This document shows positions 23,396-35,100 of a stretch of 57,580 nucleotides of DNA, in pieces. The notes beneath the pieces were generated by a model, which saw only the letters and a list, made by a program, of their open reading frames with translations, made no database searches and was not told the origin of the DNA. The first letter of the stretch is position 1; each line of letters starts with the position of its first letter. Source of the stretch: Schmidtea nova (lineage: Eukaryota); the NCBI GenBank assembly GCA_044892505.1, contig CM097883.1:178684001-178741580 (forward strand), given 5' to 3'. The translations under genes and the position numbers were made by a program.

Positions 23396-25973
23396 CCCTG
23401 GAATGGCTTTAGGGGGAATCTATAATAAGTTAATAATGGGCCCAGCAACTTCTATAGGGTTCCCGCCTATAGTTACAGCTACTGCTGAAACAATAATAAT
23501 AATAATAATAATAATAATAATTTTTATTAATAATTTTATCTTTATATATTTATAAAGTAACCTTTTAATTTTATCTTTTTAAAAATTATAAATACATTTA
23601 AAAAATTCAGAAGGTTTTTTAAAAATATGTCGATTTTTTAATTTGTTGAAATTATTCATGTGCTTAAATATACCATTTTGATCTATAGTCTTTATATAAA
23701 AATTAAAATTTCTAAACTTGAAAAGAGTACGATATCAAAGAAAAAATATTAAAGATCTAAATGGCAAAATTGATATTTCATTGCATAAGTTAATAAAATA
23801 AATCATTCAGCCTATGCATTTATTTTAGAAATCGAAAGTAATAAGTATCTAAATGAAATTATTTCATGGATATATTTTTATATTTTTATACCTTTGTGAA
23901 TAATGTAAAAATATTAATATTAATAAAATACATCTGTAAATGAAACTTACAGCACTATGCTTGTAATAAATAAACATGAGCGTCCCATCCAGACTTAAGC
24001 TGCAGGAAGTNNNNNNNNNNNNNNNNNNNNNNNNNNNNNNNNNNNNNNNNNNNNNNNNNNNNNNNNNNNNNNNNNNNNNNNNNNNNNNNNNNNNNNNNNN
24101 NNNNNNNNNNNNNNNNNNNNNNNNNNNNNNNNNNNNNNNNNNNNNNNNNNNNNNNNNNNNNNNNNNNNNNNNNNNNNNNNNNNNNNNNNNNNNNNNNNNN
24201 NNNNNNNNNNNNNNNNNNNNNNNNNNNNNNNNNNNNNNNNNNNNNNNNNNNNNNNNNNNNNNNNNNNNNNNNNNNNNNNNNNNAATTTACTTCATCTAAA
24301 TATGGCCTCCATATTAATTCTGTTTCATTTTTTGTTTTTAAATTAAGAAGTTTTCTTTCATTTAATTCATTGACATAGCTCAACAGATCTGAAAGCATTA
24401 TATATAATTACAATACTGACCAATATTTTACCCTTTCCGATCCATTCATACGTTATGGTTTTATGAAGATTGCGACTCTGAAAAATATCTGGGAATGTAA
24501 ATTTGAAACCATAATTTATTTTCTTTCCATCTGAAAAATTATTCAAATTTATATGCAAATATTAAAAATATAAAAATATAATGTCAATTGTTTACTAATT
24601 TATTAAATTTTCAATACCCTTTAATTATTTCTTTAAGGATATCGAAAAAAGACAATGATTCTTGGGATAATTTATTCTTCACTGCAAATACCTTTCAGTT
24701 TTTGGGGGTTGAGATTTAATATTATATAATATAAATTATTTGGTTCACAAATTAATTATTGATTAAAATATTAATAAATTAAAGATGAACATTTATTAAA
24801 ATGACAATTTAAATCGTTTGAAATGAATTTGTTTACAAAAGATAAGAATTACTGTTTTTTATCTTATTCATTTATTTCGTTCACTGTAACAATGTCACTT
24901 TACATGATAATTTCCAAGCAAAATTTATCTTTTTTTAATATAAACAAATCTTTATTTATTTTATATTTAAAATTCCTTACCAATATTTTTAAAACTGACC
25001 TCTATATAGATAAAAATAAAGATAAAAATTCTTTAAAAAATTAGTACCGAAAATTTGTGTTGTACCGGAAAAATCTTTTGATCTATTTGTTTATAAGTAA
25101 AAATAATGAAATTGAAAAATAGAATAAATGTGACAAAAATTAAAAATCTTAATGATAAATAAAATAGAGTTCCTTACCCAGTAATATTTCTATGTAAAAA
25201 GCACTAAATATAAATAAAAAATAGACATTTTTTATTTAATAAAATAGCGAATTATTTTTAATCAAAGTACCATTAAAACAAATCGGAATTAATTAACATT
25301 TTAATAAAATGAGAAATTGATGTAATTAAAATATGAAAAATTAAACAATAATAATAATCATTATAGTGACATAATTACTGATGATAATACTAAAACAGGG
25401 TATTCAATGTGTATAAAACACAAAACCTTGCTTATCCATAATTAATTAATTAACTTAAATTTAAAATTAATATGTTCAAAAGAGAAAATAATCAAATAAG
25501 TTTATTGGGGCAACATGACAAAAAAAAAAAAAGCGATAAAATAATAAAACCTCTGTAACACTAATTGCGCAAGTGATTAATTAACGCGTTCGCTACCTTA
25601 GCCGTCCTAGAACGTAGCAACGGCGATTAAGTTACAATTTCTGCAATGTAATTTAAGCCACCTGCAAGGCAGCTAGCTGGCAATATGTAGGTCGAACTAA
25701 AATTGTGAAAATTGTGATAAATGTTATGTAATGCACAAGAATAGTGATCAATTCAAAGTTATTTGTAAGGAAATATGAAAAATGTTAATTTAGAAAATTT
25801 ATATGTAACTGACGAAAAGAATATATTATTGATATGTTGTATGAATTAAAATATATAAAAAAATAAACTATTTAATTATTGAAAAAAACATTTGTCGGAT
25901 GACTTATTTGTTTTTAACAAGTAAAGCTTTTGATTTTTTGTGATACCCAGTGCAAATCCCCAATAGCAGACTA

Positions 25974-26716
25974 CCGTCTTAACCCGAAAATAACACTATG
26001 GTGTTGTATTTGACTTTTTAAAAATTTTTGACTTCTTAAAACATTGAAGAAAAATTCAAATATAACACCATGGTTTTTTATTGAATATTTAAACATTAAT
26101 ATAATGCTAATTAACCAAGCATATGTATCCCAAAATACTGATCAATTTCTACCATTACCACAGTTTGAATTGGATTTGATACTAGATATTCAAATGAAGT
26201 TTTAGTATTTGCATTTTTTATTATAATGTTCCAATTTTTTTTAATGGACACAGCAAAAATCTCGTTTTCAGATGCAGGTATGTCATCATTCTGAATGTTT
26301 TCAAAATAATTAGAATCTACTAAATCAGATAATTCATGCAGAGACTGCATAAATAAAATTAATTGATTTTTATACTCCTTCCAAGTATTTTCAGCTTGAT
26401 TACCATATTTCTTGTGGTGTACACACATATAAAAGCTTGCAGTATTTGAATCTGGTAATTACCATTCTGGTGGTTGATATTTTTCTTCATTTATATCATC
26501 GTTTTCAGGTGTAACATACTCAGTTGCATATAATTCATTCCAGATAGTAATGTCAAAAGATGGCTGAAATAAAGCTTTTAATGGTGGATGGAGAATATAA
26601 ATAAAAGTTATTACATTAAAGTATTTTAAAACACCATGGTGTTATATTTGAATAAAACACGAGAGTAGTCTTATATTCAAACATAACACCATGGTGTTAT
26701 TTTCGGGTTAAGACGG
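25974..26716. mobile_element. Tc1/mariner-pogo superfamily non-autonomous element, 743 bp, with IR/DR-type ends
   Basis: TIRs CCGTCTTAACCCGAAAATAACAC(T/C)ATGGTGTT...; TA duplication at 25972-25973 and 26717-26718; the palindromic AACACCATGGTGTT motif occurs twice per end. Confidence 0.88.
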
Positions 26717-26991
26717 TAGTTTCGAGCTTTTGGCTCTCATCAGTGCTATGCAGGAGACGCGAAAATTTCTCTCCGCGCCAGGTAAGTATAAAACAAAGGT
26801 ACACTGGATAAAAATCACTTTAACAGATAATCTGTAACTTGCAAACATGTCGTATAAATTTCATTTTCGCCTCTGCCCACTAAAAGTGTTCAACAGAAAC
26901 TGTTTGCAAGCGCACCCGATTGCCTTAGCTTCATTATTTCAACTTTGTTTTATACTTACCTGGCGCGGAGAGAAATTTTCGAGTCTCCTGC

Positions 26992-27033
26992 ATAGCACTG
27001 ATGAGAGTTAAAAGCTCGAAACTAGTCTGCTAT
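26992..27033 (+). ncRNA. Minimal type I hammerhead ribozyme with an intact core
   Basis: Stem I ATAGCA/TGCTAT; CTGATGA 26998-27004; stem II GAGTT-AAA-AGCTC; GAAA 27018-27021; palindromic ACTAGT stem III; GTC cleavage triplet ending at 27027. Confidence 0.85.
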
Positions 27034-28503
27034 TGGGGATTTGCACTGGGTATCACAAAGTATCACAAGCTTTACTTATTTAATTATTATTATAAAAAGA
27101 ATATAGATGAGTATTTTTATTTATAAAACTACACGAATTTTCGGTACAACCGTTTCAAGTTTATATGGAAATATACACTTGAAAAAAGCTGGGCCAAAAA
27201 ATTGTAACTTTATCAAAAAATAATAATCTAGTAATTTTTAAAAATAATGAAAGAAACAAAAAGATCATTGGTGAAAATAAGTGATGTTAATGATAATTAA
27301 TTATTGTTATTTTCGAATTAAATTTAGTTTATTATAATAAATAAAATTATAATATTTTTTTGTAATATGAAATAACGAAATGTTTGTAGAAGGAAGTGTA
27401 TTATATTATTTAATACATGATATTCTTATAAATGATGCTATTCTTTGAATATTGTGGACAATTATTAAAATTTGATTTCTTTTAAATATTTAATGGATAG
27501 AAATAAAGTTAGAACGATACAGTTTTTCAGTTACAATTTTTCGAAAAGTTTTATGAAAAAAAAAGTTTAGAGAAATCTAATAAGCTTCTAAATATTAGGA
27601 AAATTAAAGATGTTTATGAAATATTAACCGTCACCTGTCCCTCAAAATAAGTAACAAAATGAAGTCTCTTGTATTAAAACAGACCCAAATATAGATTTAT
27701 ATTAAAAAATTATTTATTTTAATCTATTTAAGATGTTTATTAACATGCAATAATATTTAAAATTTCAGATTTTATTATCGTTTTTTATCTATAAATTAAA
27801 ATAATATCACTTGTTATATAAAATCTTTGAAAATCTTTCAGTTGTCATAAATACATTAATTTATAAATTTATAAAGATAAATACATTAATTTATCAAAAT
27901 TAATTGTTACAATATTACAAATATACAAAATTACAATATAAAAAATTAATTTAATTTTAATATAATTTCATACATCTAAACGCATATTATTTTGGAAAAT
28001 CTTCCAGTTGTCATAGATACAAAATGAAATTCATTTACATAAATTATAAAAATCACATTACTTAGTTAATTAGCATAATAAATAAATATCAAAAATATAA
28101 GTACAAATTAAAAAAAAATAGAATTAATTTACACAACAGCTTTATATATTATATATAGATATAAACCTATGAACACTGCTGTTTACAAAGATGCAACTTA
28201 GCTAAATATTTTTTCCTCGCAAATGAAATAATAGATTTATTAATTTTTTTCAAAATTTTAAGAGTAGTTTTGGGAAATATATTTTTAAGAAAAACCGTTA
28301 AAAGTATGAAATAGATAGAAACTAAATATTTCAAAGGTTTAACAAAATAACATGTATAACATTGAGAATCCATAAATAAGTTATATTTTCAGAAATTATC
28401 AGTTTGCAAATAAAACTGTTAATGATGCAATAATTAACATTTAATGTATAATAATTAGTAATAATAATAAACATTAATAAGGAATAACATAATCGCTATA
28501 ACA

Positions 28504-28847
28504 CAGTGTTTCTCACAAGGTGTGCGGCGAGACTTTTTTTCCCAAAAAGGTTATTAATAAAAAAATATTCAAAAACTATATCAAGCTTTTACATTTGATA
28601 TCAAAATTTAGCAAATATAAAATCAACTAAAAAACTTTTTTTTAATTTTAATTATTTTGAATTGCCTTTATTACCTTAAAAAATCCCTCGTAATCATATT
28701 TAATTAGTTTAGACTAAAAAGTAGCTTTTTTATATATCATTGGAAAATCAAAAAATTTGTAAATATTTTTGATTTTTGGGCAGGTGTGCCGCGAGCTTTT
28801 TTAAATTTTTTAGTGTGCCGCAAGCGAGAAAAGTCTGAGAAACACTG
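28504..28847. mobile_element. Non-autonomous hAT (Buster/Charlie-type) MITE, 344 bp
   Basis: TIRs CAGTGTTTCTCA / TGAGAAACACTG; perfect TSD CTATAACA (28496-28503, 28848-28855) with TA at positions 4-5. Confidence 0.92.
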
Positions 28848-31054
28848 CTATAACATCTCTTATTCAACTTCTAATTCACAGAATAATTAAAAATTTTAAA
28901 AAAAAATATAGCAAATATTTGATGAAACATTTAACACATTTAATTGAGTGAAATTGCGAGGAACTTTTCTAAAATTACTCTTTTAAAGGTTTATATGCTT
29001 AGGACAAGCACGGGATAATGTTTGTCAATCAATTATTTAAAGCTACTTACATTTAAGTGCTGTGGCAGAAATTATGAATGAGCATTTCAATAAAGTGACC
29101 ATATCGTTTTAACCTGAAAGCAGTACAAAGGATGGCGAATAAGAAAATGCGGATTCTAATGTTCTCTACAAAAAATTTAAAGTAAGAAAAAAATAACTTT
29201 AATATTTTTATTGTTGATAATTATATTTTACATTTGAATGAATTTCTTTCTATAATATATCAATTTCTTAAAGAAAACATTGCATATAATCAAAGATACT
29301 ATAATATTCTTTTCACAATATTGTCCAAAACAGCACAAAAAAGTACACAATGCAAGAAAGTAGTACTTAAGTAATAGATAACAATTGGACAGTGCAGACC
29401 ATCAAAAGGAAGTACTGCACTACTAAAAGTAGCACGCCTCGTCACATTAATATTATCAAACTTAATAATATGAATGTTTAGTTAAATTTGTTGAATATGA
29501 TTATGAACGATAATAAAATTTAAAAGATAAAACCATGAATTTTATTCAAATGGGATTAATAGAAAACAATATGGCAAATGATATATTGCTGACGCAAAAG
29601 GATCAAATAAAAGGGTATTAGAAAATATTTAGAAAGTCCTTCTTTATTTAAAAAGGCTTAACCAGATTTCATGTGAAAATAATTTGGATCTAAATGACCA
29701 AACAATGATTTCTGAAGAAAAGAAAATTATCAAATATGAAAAACAACCGTCACAAAATAGTGATTAATTTAATCAAAAATATAAAATTTTATTCAAGTGA
29801 TAAATCAAATTTATGATGTAAAAAGTGAGGATTTTGAATAAAAATTGTTTTTAAAAAAGATATTTATTAGAAAATTAAAAATCCTCCATATGTTTCATTG
29901 CCTATAAAAACAACGGCTGTAACCCTTCTGTCATAATGACATGATTAAAAGGTGACTCCTGTTGTTTTAATTGCAATGTTTTTATAACTACTTGTAAATT
30001 AGTTTTATGTTATTTTATTTGGAAACATTTGTATTTCAAAAAGTTAAAAAAATTAAATTTTTCAATAAAAAATTGCTTTGAAAAAAAATGTAAAAAAATG
30101 ATTCATATTTTAAAGACGCGTATTTTGAGGATTCAATTTAGTAATGATCACTTAAAAGCTACAAACTGATTCTCTAATATTTTTTAATAGTAAAACATAT
30201 TTTTGCGTCATTTTTAAGACCTTAAAGCTTAAATAATATACAAATTACAAGTTATAAATTTACAATGAACAGCCTTGAAATTATGCAAATTCGTTTTCAG
30301 CTGTCACTTGTTTTCTTGTTTCTGTTTGATTTGTTAGTCGAATTTTGCTTTTATTACCCTTCATAATAACCCTTTTTTCGACACTTCCATCAAACTAGAG
30401 AAAAAAGCTTCTTAGTTTGTGATTCAAAATCTTTCATCATAACTCATTTATGTCTCGTTTAATAATATAATTTTTATATTGTGTGACAAAAAAATTTTAA
30501 CAAACTCTATATTTGAGTCTAGATGCAAAAACCATTTAAAAATTATTTATTTTAGTCAATATAATGTTTTGAAAAATAATTGAGCAGTTTCAGTGTTATT
30601 CTAATACAGCAGAAATTATAGCGACAATTATTTTGGGCGTCGGGAATATTTCCAAATTGAAGTTATGATTAAAGTTGACATGGAGTTTAATATTTGGAAT
30701 GCAAAGCGTTGAAATTTAAATTCAAATAACTGATGTTTTATCAAAGTTTTCAACTATTTAATAACCGACAATTGCAATTTAGAAGTTTTCTATAAAAATT
30801 ATTTCCTTATTCATGGAGCCAAACACTCTTCCTATTTTAGGCNNNNNNNNNNNNNNNNNNNNNNNNNNNNNNNNNNNNNNNNNNNNNNNNNNNNNNNNNN
30901 NNNNNNNNNNNNNNNNNNNNNNNNNNNNNNNNNNNNNNNNNNNNNNNNNNNNNNNNNNNNNNNNNNNNNNNNNNNNNNNNNNNNNNNNNNNNNNNNNNNN
31001 NNNNNNNNNNNNNNNNNNNNNNNNNNNNNNNNNNNNNNNNNNNNNNNNNNNNNN

Positions 31055-31225
31055 AATGACTATAGATCAAAATTTTTTTTTATAAACAATAACACAATAT
31101 TTCGGCACAGCCTTTATCAAGTTTATCAAGGCTGTGCCGAAATATTGTGTTATTGTTTATAAAAAAAAATTTTGATCTATAGTCATTATGAGAATTATTG
31201 ATAATAATAATAAAAAAAGATCAAA
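31055..31225. repeat. Palindromic pair of Penelope terminal-repeat (pLTR) fragments, same family as 54420-57580
   Basis: Arms ATGACTATAGATC...CGGCACAGCC / GGCTGTGCCG...GATCTATAGTCAT match 54462-54531. The centre has a TTTATCAAG tandem duplication (31113-31130). Flanked by N-runs. Confidence 0.9.
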
Positions 31226-33256
31226 NNNNNNNNNNNNNNNNNNNNNNNNNNNNNNNNNNNNNNNNNNNNNNNNNNNNNNNNNNNNNNNNNNNNNNNNNNN
31301 NNNNNNNNNNNNNNNNNNNNNNNNNNNNNNNNNNNNNNNNNNNNNNNNNNNNNNNNNNNNNNNNNNNNNNNNNNNNNNNNNNNNNNNNNNNNNNNNNNNN
31401 NNNNNNNNNNNNNNNNNNNNNNNNNNNNNNNNNNNNNNNNNNNNNNNNNNNNNNNNNNNNNNNNNNNNNNNNNNNNNNNNNNNNNNNNNNNNNNNNNNNN
31501 NNNNNNNNNNNNNNNNNNNNNNNNNNNNNNNNNNNNNNNNNNNNNNNNNNNNNNNNNNNNNNNNNNNNNNNNNNNNNNNNNNNNNNNNNNNNNNCTTAAT
31601 ATTATATTTATAAACTCTGCTAATGACAAAACAATTTGTATTTATACTTTCAATTTGAGCTTGATAAACTTTGTCTTCAAAATAGCTACGGATAAGATTT
31701 TTAAAATTAAAAAGTTCAAAGTGAGATTTATCTTTGAGAAATTCATAAAAACAGCTTTTATTGAAAGCATTATTTTAATTTTGTGTATAGAAGTAGTTTT
31801 TAATTTTTTTAAATGTTATAATTAAAAATTAGCATTTTATTTGATTATGTATATGGTTTTTAAAATTCTTTTTTGAATAGAACGTTCTAATTATTGAAAA
31901 TAGGTAAATAAAAAATTTTAGTTATTCAAATAACTTTTGAAAAATTTTAATTTTAATTTAATCGATCTTAAAAATAAATATTAATTAATTTTATTTTATT
32001 TTATTTTATTTTATTTAAACATTGCGAAGGCTTAACACTGTTACCTTATTATTATATTTTAATAAACTCTCTAACGACAAAACAATTTGGATTAATAATA
32101 ATAAATATGCTTGTTTAGTACTTTGTAAAGAAATGAAAGAAATGTAATTATAAACTAGTGATTTTATAATCATTATAATAATGTATTAATTGTATTAATT
32201 TGATATTGTATTATATTTTAACATTTTGATTGACAGCAATTATACAAGAATCGCTTGCATACATTTGCAAGGTATAATATTCTAATAATATATCTAAAAT
32301 AATTTAAAATACAATATTTTATNNNNNNNNNNNNNNNNNNNNNNNNNNNNNNNNNNNNNNNNNNNNNNNNNNNNNNNNNNNNNNNNNNNNNNNNNNNNNN
32401 NNNNNNNNNNNNNNNNNNNNNNNNNNNNNNNNNNNNNNNNNNNNNNNNNNNNNNNNNNNNNNNNNNNNNNNNNNNNTAAATTAGGAATTGTTAAAAAATT
32501 GCTGATGGAAATAAATCTTTTAATCAAAATTAAAAATGTGATTTTATAATTAGTGTGTATTAAATCTCTTATTAATTTAAAATTAATAATAATAACTAAA
32601 GATGAGCGAATATATTCAAAGAAAATGATAATTAATTTTTTCCTTAACAGTTAGAAACGTAAAATAAAAATATTTACTGCTAACATTTGAAACATGATTT
32701 CAACTAATATATGGAAGCCATAGGAGGTTGTTTCAACCTTTTGTTTATAACTTGTTTATAAAGTATGAATGATAGCTTGATTACAAAAATTAATTGAAAA
32801 TCAAAATTGTAAATTTTTATAAAAATTCAATTGTGCTGTGAAGCTTAGTGCTTCTAAAATCACAATTTATTTTTAATTACTTTAGAAAGTGTAAACGTCG
32901 TGGATTATCCCATTCACTGCCGCTCCGGCAGCCACATGTGACTGATGTTAGTTTTTTCAGTTCGCTGTAGCGGTTATCAGTGACCGGATCTACTATAATA
33001 TTTAATCAAAGAAAATATTGCTGACTTAAAGTTTTTAAACAATATTAAAAAAATATTATATTTAATAATATCTACTCAAATATTTCTTTCTTCTTTAAAC
33101 CAAGATCCCTATAAAATTGTATTAGTTTTGAATATATTTAAATTTCCAAATCCAACTAGCGAAATGTAACATTTGTTTATAAAAATAAGTTACACTTTAA
33201 AACTAACTAAAAATGATCAACCGGTTTTGTTTTAAATTTTTATGTATTTTGTAACA

Positions 33257-33344
33257 ATAGATCAAAAACCGTTTCGGCACTGTCTTTTTCATGTGTTAAT
33301 TAAAAATAATTTGTATTGAATAAGAAATATGCTTTTTGATCTAT
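33257..33344. repeat. Old diverged pLTR-like palindrome with a degenerate hammerhead on the minus strand
   Basis: TAGATCAAAAA ... TTTTTGATCTA inverted ends; the minus strand reads ACACATGAAAAAGACAGTGCCGAAACGGT, resembling the hammerhead of the young family. Confidence 0.45.
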
Positions 33345-34960
33345 GTACTGAAAATTTAAAAATATAGGAAATAAAAATATAAAATTATAAAAAGAACGAT
33401 AAAGATTTTATAGTTAGTTTTATATATTTTTATTTTTACCAATATCAGGGATAACTTGCAAATTTTTAATTTATCACTCCAAAGACAAGATTAAATTATA
33501 TTAAACTGTTTTATAAGAGATATTTGCATTTAAATTTATTTTTCCCGTTTTGTTCAATTTTTATTTTTACTTTTCTTTTTCAGAAAGACTATTTATTAAA
33601 ATCCTTTATTTGTTCACTAATTTTTGTGATAAAAACTCTGAAAAACGTTGTTTCGGAAATTTGAGTGCCAATAAACAAATTTGATATATTTTCTTTTATA
33701 AAAAATGCTTTTAATATTAATTCATCCTTAAAATGACTGATAATGGATCTTATTTTATTTTTATGCCTTTTTAATGTATTTTACCAATTTAATTATTATT
33801 TAATTTACCACAATTAATCTAATATTCTATATGGCTTCCATATACAAAACGAAATTAAAATGAAGATTATTTAACTTTAAACCTTTTAGTTGCTATATCA
33901 GAGGTAATGTAAATATTTCTAGTTGTTATTATAAAAGAATAAATATTTCTGCATTTGTATGCTCTATAATCATTATATATTGTTAATGCTATATTTTGAT
34001 TACTGTTATTATCATTATTATTATTAATTTTATTGTTGTTAATATTATTATTGCTGTTATCGCTATTATTGTTGGCATCCGGTTGGACACATGACAACAA
34101 TCCTCTTTTTTATTATTTTTATCATTTTGGATGTTATTCGAAAGTTCCAAATTTTCACCAAAATCTCTTTATTAAATAATGAAACAAGCTTACTATCAAA
34201 AGCAATTAAAGTTTCCAGTTTTTGTCAATTTTTGAAGAAGTCAAAGTATTTTGTATTTTATTAATTTTTCTTTCCTTGTAGTTAATAATAATTTAAAATA
34301 TCAAAATATAACTATAAAATTTAAAATTACAAAATAAAATTAATAGACATTGACAATAAGCTATTATAAAAAAAATTTAAGATTTGATTTTGGACTACGG
34401 TTAGATATTGCAATAAGAAAAATTTGAAATTAAAAAATCTCAAATTTGAAAATAACAAATACAGAAGATATCATCAAAGAAAATAAACAATATAAAATTG
34501 ATCACAAACTAATAAAGGAACAAAGCAAAAAAGATAATATTAAAAATATACAACGAAAATTGTTAACATCTAAGAAAACAAAAGCCTCAACAAACCTACA
34601 AAAGATAAATTATCCTTTTATGAATTTACAAATCTGACATTACAATTGTTGAAATTTATTTTTTTGGCTATTATTAATAAAAGTTGTTATTATATACATT
34701 TATCATTGTTATTTGTTGAAGTTTGATATTTCACATTCTAAACACACAAATGCACACAAGCACACAACTACATTATCTATATAACATTCACCCAGCTGTT
34801 CCAAGACAGATCTTTTACTGGTGACCCGGCTGGGCTCTACAGATTTTCTTAAAACTTACATCTACTTTAGATAATACTCATATGACAAGTATATGCCATA
34901 ATACTACCTCAATAATACCTCGTAAGAAATATACTTTACACACACACACATATATATATA

Positions 34961-35100
34961 TATTATTATCAATAATTCTCATAATGACTATAGATCAAAT
35001 TTTTTTTTATAAACAATAACATTTATTGTTTATAAAAAATAAATTTGATCTATAGTCATTATGAGAATTATTGATAATAATAATAAAAAAAGATCAAAGG
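34961..35100. repeat. Second palindromic pair of pLTR fragments, truncated before the hammerhead
   Basis: TATTATCAATAATTCTCATAATGACTATAGATC...AACAATAAC followed by its reverse complement to ...AAAAAAAGATCAAAGG at 35100; matches 54425-54502. Confidence 0.88.

Larger units (their letters stand above)
25919..27077. repeat. Long inverted repeat (~135-bp arms) carrying hammerhead motifs; left arm split by a MITE
   Basis: Left arm 25919-25973 plus 26719-26798 is the near-perfect reverse complement of 26943-27077. Spacer of ~145 bp. Confidence 0.92.

Noticed and set aside
26952-27110. A complete U1 snRNA gene
   Set aside because: Only the 5' ~15 nt match. There is no GAUCACGAAG loop I, AUUGCAC loop II or Sm site, so it is reported only as a motif.
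33867-34100. Asn-rich 77-aa ORF
   Set aside because: Low-complexity (AAT)n-derived sequence; no credible splice or domain support as a DPP exon.
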